From Escherichia phage Ec_YwIITB1: 64,000 bases of DNA. The notes under the pieces are model-generated. The model searched no databases, was not told the DNA's origin, and saw only the letters and a program-made list of their open reading frames with translations. Location of the stretch: the sequence record PQ356294.1; one strand, written 5' to 3'. Shown piece by piece: positions 53,601 to 64,000 of this stretch (position 1 is its first letter; every line of letters begins with the position of its first letter). A program made the position numbers and the translations under genes.

Positions 53601-54517
53601 CTGTATTTGAAGTTAGTGATGAAACTTCTAGTCATTTTTATTCTCAGCGTAATAAAGCTGGTAATATAACATTTAATATCAACGGTACAGTAACACCGAT
53701 AAATGTGAATGCTTCAGGAACATTGAATGCGAATGGCGTTGCAACATTTGGTAATTCAGTCACTGCAACTGGTGAAATTATTTCTCGAAGCGCAAATGCT
53801 TTCCGTGCTATTAATGGAAATTACGGTTTCATTATTCGTAATGACGGGTCAGTAACGAATTTTATGCTTACTGCATCAGGCAATCAAACTGGTGGATTTA
53901 ATGGATTGCGTCCATTGTCCATTAATAATCAATCTGGGCAGGTCACAATTGGTGAAAGCTTGATCATTGCTAAAGGTGCTACTATAAATTCAGGGGGTTT
54001 AACTGTTAACTCGAGAATTCGTTCTCAAGGTGTTAAAACATCTGATTTATATACCCGTGCGCCGACATCTGATACTGTAGGATTCTGGTCAATCGATATT
54101 AATGATTCAGCCACTTATAACCAGTTCCCGGGTTATTTTAAAATGGTTGAAAAAACTAATGAAGTTACTGGACTTCCATACTTAGAACGTGGCGAAGAAG
54201 TTAAATCTCCTGGTACATTGACTCAGTTTGGTAACACACTTGATTCACTTTACCAAGATTGGATTACTTATCCAACGACTCCAGAAGCACGTACCACTCG
54301 CTGGACACGTACATGGCAAAAAACTAAAAACTCTTGGTCAAGTTTTGTTCAGGTATTTGATGGAGGTAACCCTCCTCAACCTTCGGATATAGGAGCAATT
54401 CCATCTGATAATGGAATAATAGGTAATCTTACTATTCGTGATTTCTTACGAATTGGTAATGTTCGCATTATTCCTGACCCAGTGAATAAAACTGTTAAAT
54501 TTGAATGGGTTGAATAA
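50648..54517 (+). CDS. 34: Long tail fibre proximal subunit gp34
   Basis: 1289-aa ORF matching T4 gp34; TATAAATA at 50606-50613. Confidence 0.95.
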   Translation: MAEIKRKFRAEDGLDAGGDKIINVALADRTVGTDGVNVDYLIQENTVQQYDPTRGYLKDFVIIYNNRFWAATDNIPKPAGSFNRIRWKALRTDANWTTVSSGPYQLKSGESISVNTAAGNDITFTLPTSPIDGDTIVLQDIGGKPGVNQVLIVAPVQSIVNFRGEQVRSVLMTHPKSQIVFIFNNRLWQMYVADYSREAVVVTPASFYQAQSNDFIVRRFTSAAPINIKLPRFANHGDIINFVDLDKLNPLYHTIVTTYDETTSVQEVGTHSIEGRTSIDGFLMFDDSEKLWRLFDGDSKARLRIITTNSNIRPNEEVMVFGANNGTTQTIELQLPTNISVGDTVKISMNYMRKGQTVKIKAAGEDKIASSVQLLQFPKRSEYPPEAEWVTVQELVFNGETNYVPVLQLAYIEDSDGKYWVVQQNVPTVERVDSLNNSTRARLGVIALATQAQANVDLENSPQKELAITPETLANRTATETRRGIARIATTAQVNQNTTFSFADDLIITPKKLNERTATETRRGVAEIATQQETNTGTDDTTIITPKKLQARQGSETLSGIVTFVSTAGATPASSRELNGTNVYNKNTNNLVVSPKALDQYKATPTQQGAVILAVESEVIAGQSQEGWANAVVTPETLHKKTSTDGRIGLIEIATQSEVNTGTDYTRAVTPKTLNDRRATESLSGISEIATQVEFDAGVDDTRISTPLKIKTRFNSTDRTSVVALSGLVESGTLWDHYTLNILEANETQRGTLRVATQVEAAAGKLDNVLITPKKLLGTKSTESQEGVIKVATQSETVTGTSANTAVSPKNLKWIVQSEPTWAATPAIRGFVKTSSGSITFVGNDTAGSTQDLELYEKNSYAVSPYELNRVLANYLPLKAKAADANLLDGLDSSQFIRRDIAQTVNGSLTLTKQTNLSAPLVSSSTATFGGSVSANSTLTISNTGTATQLIFEKGPQTGTNPTQTMTVKVWGNQFSGESDTTRSTVFEVSDETSSHFYSQRNKAGNITFNINGTVTPINVNASGTLNANGVATFGNSVTATGEIISRSANAFRAINGNYGFIIRNDGSVTNFMLTASGNQTGGFNGLRPLSINNQSGQVTIGESLIIAKGATINSGGLTVNSRIRSQGVKTSDLYTRAPTSDTVGFWSIDINDSATYNQFPGYFKMVEKTNEVTGLPYLERGEEVKSPGTLTQFGNTLDSLYQDWITYPTTPEARTTRWTRTWQKTKNSWSSFVQVFDGGNPPQPSDIGAIPSDNGIIGNLTIRDFLRIGNVRIIPDPVNKTVKFEWVE

Positions 54518-54525
54518 GAGGTATT

Positions 54526-55641
54526 ATGGAAAAATTTATGGCAGAGTTTGGACAAGGATATGTCCAAACGCCATTTTTATCGGAAAGCAATTCAGTAAGA
54601 TATAAAATAAGCATAGCGGGCTCTTGCCCGCTTTCTACTGCAGGGCCATATGTTAAATTTCAGGATAATCCCGTTGGAAATCAAACATTTAGTGCAGGTC
54701 TTCATTTAAGAGTTTTTAACCCTTCTACCGGAGCATTAGTTGATAGTAAGTCATATGCTTTTTCTGCTTCAAACAATACAACATCTGCCGCTTTTGTCAG
54801 TTTTATGAATTCTTTGACGAATAACAGACTTGTTGCTATATTAACTAACGGAAAGGTTAATTTTCCTCCTGAAGTGGTATCTTGGTTAAGGGGCGCAGGA
54901 ACTTCAGTTTTTCCATCAGATTCAGTATTGTCAAGATTCGACGTATCATATGCTGCTTTTTACACTTCTTCTAAAAGAGCTATTGCATTAGAGCATGTTA
55001 AACTGAGCAACAGAAAAAGCACAGATGACTATCAAACTATTTTAGATGTGGTGTTTGATAGTTTAGAAGACGTCGGAGCTACGGGATTTCCTAAAAGAAC
55101 ATACGAAAGTGTCGAGCAATTTATGTCAGCGGTTGGTGGAACTAACAACGAAATTGCGCGACTGCCAACTTCAGCTGCTATAAGTAAATTATCTGACTAT
55201 AATTTAATCCCTGGTGATGTTCTTTATCTTAAAGCACAGTTATATGCTGATGCTGATTTACTTGATCTTGGAACTACAAATATATCTATCCGTTTTTATA
55301 ATGCATCAAATGGATATATTTCTTCGACACAGGCTGAGTTTACCGGGCAAGCTGGGTCTTGGGAATTAAAGGAAGATTATGTAGTTGTTCCTGAAAACGC
55401 TGTCGGATTTACTATATATGCGCAGAGAACTGCTCAAGCTGGTCAAGGCGGAATGAGGAATTTAAGCTTTTCTGAAGTGTCAAGAAATGGAGGTATTTCG
55501 AAACCCGCCGAATTTGGCGTCAACGGCATTCGCGTTAATTATATCTGTGAATCGGCTTCACCTCCAGATATAATGGTACTTCCTACGCAAGCCTCTTCTA
55601 AAACTGGCAAAGTGTTTGGGCAAGAATTTAGAGAAGTATAA
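54526..55641 (+). CDS. 35: Long tail fibre hinge protein gp35
   Basis: 371-aa ORF matching T4 gp35. Confidence 0.9.
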   Translation: MEKFMAEFGQGYVQTPFLSESNSVRYKISIAGSCPLSTAGPYVKFQDNPVGNQTFSAGLHLRVFNPSTGALVDSKSYAFSASNNTTSAAFVSFMNSLTNNRLVAILTNGKVNFPPEVVSWLRGAGTSVFPSDSVLSRFDVSYAAFYTSSKRAIALEHVKLSNRKSTDDYQTILDVVFDSLEDVGATGFPKRTYESVEQFMSAVGGTNNEIARLPTSAAISKLSDYNLIPGDVLYLKAQLYADADLLDLGTTNISIRFYNASNGYISSTQAEFTGQAGSWELKEDYVVVPENAVGFTIYAQRTAQAGQGGMRNLSFSEVSRNGGISKPAEFGVNGIRVNYICESASPPDIMVLPTQASSKTGKVFGQEFREV

Positions 55642-55646
55642 ACTGA

Positions 55647-55669
55647 GGGAGCCTTCGGGTTCCCTTTTT
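55647..55669 (+). terminator. Terminator hairpin after gene 35 (GGGAGCC-UUCG-GGUUCCC + UUUUU)
   Basis: Stem with UUCG loop plus T5 run, 6 nt after gp35 stop. Confidence 0.65.
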
Positions 55670-55672
55670 CTT

Positions 55673-55680
55673 TATAAATA
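55673..55680 (+). promoter_or_regulatory. Late promoter TATAAATA for gene 36
   Basis: Exact motif 23 nt upstream of gp36 ATG, after gene 35 terminator hairpin. Confidence 0.65.
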
Positions 55681-55703
55681 ATATTAAAATAAAGGGGCAT
55701 ATA

Positions 55704-56375
55704 ATGGCTGATTTAAAAGTAGGTTCAACTGTGGGTGGATCTGTCATTTGGCATCAAGGAAATTTTCCATTGAATTCAGCCGGTGACGATGTACTCTACA
55801 AATCATTTAAAATATATTCAGAATATAATAAACCGCAGGCAGTTGATAACGATTTCGTTTCTAAAGCTAATGGCGGTACGTATTTAAATAAAGTAATTTT
55901 TAATAAAGGAATGACTGTTCCCGGTGCAGGGTCAGCTGTAAACAATACAAACCAGTGCGGTATTTATCCAGGTAATGGCGATGCAGCTACTTTTGCTACA
56001 GCAAATATTGATATTGTTTCATGGTATGGTATTGGTTTTAAATCATCACAGGGTTCAGCAGGTAGAACTGTAGTAATTAACACGCGAAATGGAGATATTA
56101 GCTCAAAGGGTGTAATTGAAGCATCACAAATACGCGCAACTTCATTATCTCCAGTAAATAATTATGACCTTACACGGAAAGATTATGTCGATGGAGCAAT
56201 AAATATTGTTACAGCAAACGCAAACTCTAGAGTTTTGCGTAAAGGTGACACCATGACAGGTAACTTAACAGCACCAAACTTTTTCTCGCAGAATCCTGCG
56301 TCTCAACCCTCACACGTTCCGCGATTTGACCAAATCGTGATTAAGGATTCTGTTCAAGATTTCGGCTATTATTAA
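55704..56375 (+). CDS. 36: Long tail fibre distal connector gp36
   Basis: 223-aa ORF; TATAAATA at 55673-55680. Confidence 0.9.
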   Translation: MADLKVGSTVGGSVIWHQGNFPLNSAGDDVLYKSFKIYSEYNKPQAVDNDFVSKANGGTYLNKVIFNKGMTVPGAGSAVNNTNQCGIYPGNGDAATFATANIDIVSWYGIGFKSSQGSAGRTVVINTRNGDISSKGVIEASQIRATSLSPVNNYDLTRKDYVDGAINIVTANANSRVLRKGDTMTGNLTAPNFFSQNPASQPSHVPRFDQIVIKDSVQDFGYY

Positions 56376-56383
56376 GAGGACTT

Positions 56384-60502
<4,119 letters not shown>

Positions 60503-60532
60503 TTTGAATAAATATCCTTAAAAGGAGGGTCT

Positions 60533-61189
60533 ATGACAGCACCTAGAATATCATTTTCGCCCTCTGATATTCTGTTTGGTGTTCTAGATCGCTTGTTCAA
60601 AGATAATGCTACCGGGGAAGTTCTTGCTTCCAGGGTAGCTGTCGTAATTCTTTTGTTTATAATGGCGATTGTTTGGTATAGGGGAGATAGTTTCTTTGAG
60701 TACTATAAGCAATCAAAGTATGAAACATACAGTGAAATTATTGAAAAGGAAAGAAATGCACGCTTTGAATCTGTCGCCCTGGAACAACTCCAGATAGTTC
60801 ATATATCATCTGAGGCAGACTTTAGTGCGGTGTATTCTTTCCGCCCTAAAAACTTAAACTATTTTGTTGATATTATAGCATACGAAGGAAAACTACCTTC
60901 AACAATAAGTGAAAAATCACTTGGAGGATATCCTGTTGATAAAACTATGGATGAATATGCAGTTCATTTAAATGGACGTCATTATTATTCCAATTCAAAA
61001 TTTGCTTTTTTACCAACTAAAAAGCCTACTCCCGAAATAAATTACATGTACAGTTGTCCATATTTTAATTTGGATAATATCTATGCTGGAACAATAACCA
61101 TGTACTGGTATAGAAATGATCATATAAGTAATGACCGCCTTGAATCAATATGTGCTCAGGCGGCCAGAATATTAGGAAGGGCTAAATAA
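60533..61189 (+). CDS. t: Holin T
   Basis: 218-aa ORF matching T4 holin T (single TM plus large periplasmic domain). Confidence 0.95.
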   Translation: MTAPRISFSPSDILFGVLDRLFKDNATGEVLASRVAVVILLFIMAIVWYRGDSFFEYYKQSKYETYSEIIEKERNARFESVALEQLQIVHISSEADFSAVYSFRPKNLNYFVDIIAYEGKLPSTISEKSLGGYPVDKTMDEYAVHLNGRHYYSNSKFAFLPTKKPTPEINYMYSCPYFNLDNIYAGTITMYWYRNDHISNDRLESICAQAARILGRAK

Positions 61190-61462
61190 TTATTTGTTTG
61201 TATACATCTCTAGATATCGATATACACCCTCAAAACCCTCGTTGAATTCGTCAATGAGGGTTTTCTTATCTTCTTGAGTTAATTCAGAAACAATTTTACG
61301 GAATGAATTCTGATTCAACTTTCTACCTTCATGCATTACTCCAATCTCATTCAGAAATGCAATAAAATTAGCGCGATTCTCAACAATATCTTCTCTGGAA
61401 AATTTAATCAAAATAGACGCAACAGTAATAATTTCGCGAACTGTATCAATATTCTTATTCAT
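61190..61462 (-). CDS. asiA: Anti-sigma70 factor AsiA
   Basis: 90-aa ORF matching T4 AsiA. Confidence 0.9.
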   Translation of the reverse strand: MNKNIDTVREIITVASILIKFSREDIVENRANFIAFLNEIGVMHEGRKLNQNSFRKIVSELTQEDKKTLIDEFNEGFEGVYRYLEMYTNK

Positions 61463-61493
61463 TAACTATACCACTCAATTAGTTGACTTTACT

Positions 61494-61523
61494 ATAATAT
61501 CATCAGACGTTTGATTTGTAAAC
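61494..61523 (-). promoter_or_regulatory. Early promoter for asiA (-35 GTTTAC, 18 nt, -10 TATTAT)
   Basis: About 30 nt upstream of asiA start on minus strand. Confidence 0.55.
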
Positions 61524-61623
61524 TGGTCTGTGGTATTTTCTTCAAAAATTTTTTCTACGAATTCCTTGAACGACTTACGTTCCTGAGCTACATTATGCTC
61601 GATTACTTTTTCAAGATTATGAC

Positions 61624-61902
61624 TCATTCAAAATAATCTTCAATTTCATAATCAAGGACATAAATCATTATAGTTTTTAATACATCATCAATACTTTTTC
61701 CCGGAGCTGGAATTACGTAGAAATGTCCCGCTTTTGAGAGGTCTTTATAAGTTCCAACCAAGAAATCATTATTCTCGAGATGTAGTTCTTCAACTAATTC
61801 ATTAACAATTGAGTGGTATAAATTTGGTAGAAACTTATATAGTTTTTCTAGAATATCAATTTTGATTGTGTATTGAACCACAGATTGAGAATCAATAATC
61901 AT
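61624..61902 (-). CDS. arn: Anti-restriction nuclease Arn (McrBC inhibitor)
   Basis: ORF 61624..62010; start at MIIDSQSVVQYT... (92 aa); matches T4 Arn. Confidence 0.8.
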   Translation of the reverse strand: MIIDSQSVVQYTIKIDILEKLYKFLPNLYHSIVNELVEELHLENNDFLVGTYKDLSKAGHFYVIPAPGKSIDDVLKTIMIYVLDYEIEDYFE

Positions 61903-61978
61903 AGACCTTCCCTTATGTTTCTGTTTGCGATTAGATTCTTTAAACGCTTTCTTCTTATCTTTATGGACAGAAGCTTTA

Positions 61979-62203
61979 TTAAAATTGTGTTTTGCGACTA
62001 AATTGTTCATAGTGCTGAATTACCTCTCTCAAACACTTGCATGTGAATGAAAACTTTTTAGCTACACCACATTCAAATATATGTTCTCTTAAATCACGTG
62101 TGTCAGTATATCCCATCTCAACAATAAAATGCCGTATTAGATTTTTATCTTTATCATTGAGAGAATTAAAATAATCGGATTTTGAATTAATTTCCCTGGC
62201 CAA
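61979..62203 (-). CDS. Hypothetical protein
   Basis: 74-aa ORF between arn and motA. Confidence 0.5.
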   Translation of the reverse strand: MAREINSKSDYFNSLNDKDKNLIRHFIVEMGYTDTRDLREHIFECGVAKKFSFTCKCLREVIQHYEQFSRKTQF

Positions 62204-62483
62204 ATTGAATAACCTTTAGTTGACGTTTTAGTTCTTTTATCATTTCTTCGTTCATCGCAATATAAAGATCGCGTAAAGCAGGTTTTAACATTCCATTTAT
62301 TGGAGAACTAAATGGACATACATAATCTTTTCCTACGAGCTTTTTGGTGAATTCCATATTACAGAACTGAAATGCCGGTTCATTGGCATAAATTCCCCAA
62401 TTAGTTGACATCATTTTATTGGCATATTCCAATGCCTGGATTTGATTCTTAATTCCATCAATTTGAAACTTTTTAATATTCAT
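62187..62483 (-). CDS. Hypothetical protein
   Basis: 98-aa ORF. Confidence 0.5.
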   Translation of the reverse strand: MNIKKFQIDGIKNQIQALEYANKMMSTNWGIYANEPAFQFCNMEFTKKLVGKDYVCPFSSPINGMLKPALRDLYIAMNEEMIKELKRQLKVIQFGQGN

Positions 62484-62944
62484 TAGTAAAGGTCCTCAGA
62501 GTAAAGTTCTTTTTCACTACCACCGCGTTCAATACGTACTTGTCCGGCATAAGTTGCAATAATCATTGCTTCTTCGCGGGTCCAGTAATTGCTATACTGA
62601 TCAATAAACCCTTGGTCATCATCACAAACTTGCTGAGTAACTAATTGGGGTTTAACTACATCTAAAACTTCTGCCATATCTTTAGAATAATGACGAGCAA
62701 CTGGAATAACAAGAGTTCGTCCATCTTTTAATTTAAAACGGTTGGCGGCACAAACAATTCGTCGTTGATACTTTTGGTTTTCATCCCAGTATGCGGTCTG
62801 CCAACAGATTTCAGGAACTTCTTCCAGAATATCTTCTTCTGTGCATTTATAACCATGTGCTTTAAATTTTTCAACAAGACTTTCTGGAGTTTCACGACAT
62901 AAAGGAACATTCAGCATTTTTAAACGATTAATAAATGGGTTCAT
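62483..62944 (-). CDS. Hypothetical protein
   Basis: 153-aa ORF. Confidence 0.5.
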   Translation of the reverse strand: MNPFINRLKMLNVPLCRETPESLVEKFKAHGYKCTEEDILEEVPEICWQTAYWDENQKYQRRIVCAANRFKLKDGRTLVIPVARHYSKDMAEVLDVVKPQLVTQQVCDDDQGFIDQYSNYWTREEAMIIATYAGQVRIERGGSEKELYSEDLY

Positions 62945-63270
62945 TTAAACCATCCTTTAATACGCTGCCACAAAGTTTTCTGTTGAGCTTTGTTAACACC
63001 AATTGAGCGAATAACTGGTTGAGATTCCTGGAATTCTTTATAATCAGCAAGGTAAATTTCGTAAGCTGCATCTGTAAATGAACTTATCGCTGCCATAAAA
63101 TTATTGCGAATACCTACTGGAGCATCTTTACTTTCACGAATAATCATGTATTTACCAGTCTTAATCTTTACGATAGTTCCAAGATAAGCTCCATGATACC
63201 AGATATCCCACCCCTCTTGAGTGGGTTCTGCACAACGACGAAGTTCATTAACAATTTCTAACTTGTTCAT
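62941..63270 (-). CDS. Hypothetical protein
   Basis: 109-aa ORF immediately downstream of motA. Confidence 0.5.
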   Translation of the reverse strand: MNKLEIVNELRRCAEPTQEGWDIWYHGAYLGTIVKIKTGKYMIIRESKDAPVGIRNNFMAAISSFTDAAYEIYLADYKEFQESQPVIRSIGVNKAQQKTLWQRIKGWFK

Positions 63271-63280
63271 TATTTATTCC

Positions 63281-63916
63281 TCACAGTTCAGATGCTACGG
63301 TGATTACTGCTTCAATGTTTTCTGCCGAGCGTTTAATGTCAAGATACACATTGCCGTTTTTAGCGATTTTACATGACATTCCAATATCAGTAAATTTCTG
63401 AATATGGTGTTCCATCATTTTGTATCCAAAAATTCGCATATTTCCATTGTTGTTAATTTCAAAATTACGAATTCCGTGAGTGCGTTTTTCTAAAATAGCA
63501 AGATAGTTACTGCGGTAAGTTTCAACCTTTTTAAGAACAAATCCATTTTCATCTAAAAGTTTTAGCATAAGGTCTTTATCTTCTTCCATATCGGAAGTAA
63601 TCTCACGAGCTTTACGAGTCGCCCGTTTTTTCAGTAGTTCAGGAGCATTTTCCTGCGCGTATAAAGTTGCTGCATTTGAAATAATATCCTGAGCTTCACC
63701 AGTAATGATTAATCCATCACCAGATTTCTCCACCAGGCCTTTTTTAATCAATACCCCAATATTACTATTAACTACTGCGTTACCTAAATCTGGATGCACC
63801 TCACGAACTTCTGCGGCTGTAATGAAATCTTTCTTAGCAATGGTAATTAAAATCGCAGCAGTTTTTTCATTCAGAACATCGTTAGAAGCTTTGATGATGT
63901 AAGTTACTTTAGACAT
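63281..63916 (-). CDS. motA: Middle transcription activator MotA
   Basis: 211-aa ORF matching T4 MotA. Confidence 0.9.
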   Translation of the reverse strand: MSKVTYIIKASNDVLNEKTAAILITIAKKDFITAAEVREVHPDLGNAVVNSNIGVLIKKGLVEKSGDGLIITGEAQDIISNAATLYAQENAPELLKKRATRKAREITSDMEEDKDLMLKLLDENGFVLKKVETYRSNYLAILEKRTHGIRNFEINNNGNMRIFGYKMMEHHIQKFTDIGMSCKIAKNGNVYLDIKRSAENIEAVITVASEL

Positions 63917-63955
63917 TTTAATCTCCGTAATTCTGTATCAGTAGTTGATAGTTGT

Positions 63956-63985
63956 ATAGTACCACAGTATGCTTTGGTTGTAAAC
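63956..63985 (-). promoter_or_regulatory. Early promoter for motA (-35 GTTTAC, 18 nt, -10 TACTAT)
   Basis: About 40 nt upstream of motA start on minus strand. Confidence 0.55.
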
Positions 63986-64000
63986 CGTTTTGTGAAAAAT

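Overview
This window is a contiguous 64-kb segment of a T4-like (T-even, Tevenvirinae) coliphage genome, recognised from protein sequences that match T4 gene products from memory and from conserved T4 gene order. No database search was possible. It runs from the 3' end of tail sheath gene 18 through the head module (19, 20, 67, 68, 21, 22, 23, 24), rnlB, hoc, inh, uvsW, uvsY, the baseplate hub genes (25, 26, 51, 27, 28, 29, 48, 54), alt, DNA ligase 30, rIII, 31, cd, pseT, alc, rnlA, denA, nrdB, nrdA, td, frd, 32, 59, 33, dsbA, rnh, long tail fibre genes 34-38, holin t, asiA, arn and motA. No rRNA, tRNA or CRISPR array was found. The phage is not T4 itself: td and nrdB are intron-less, the receptor module is T2-type (gp37 with a C-terminal chaperone domain plus a glycine-rich gp38 adhesin), and an HNH endonuclease gene sits between genes 18 and 19. 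Other notable points are a tandem Ig-domain duplication in hoc, two intact Alt-family ADP-ribosyltransferase genes in tandem, and a HAD phosphatase / NADAR gene pair. Five or more genes, including essential genes 23 and 37, carry small frame-disrupting indels; these are most simply sequencing or assembly errors, though hoc, nrdB and frd could be real pseudogenes. Regulatory calls are motif-based: late promoters (TATAAATA), early promoters (GTTTAC, 18 nt, TATAAT-like) and GC-rich hairpin terminators.
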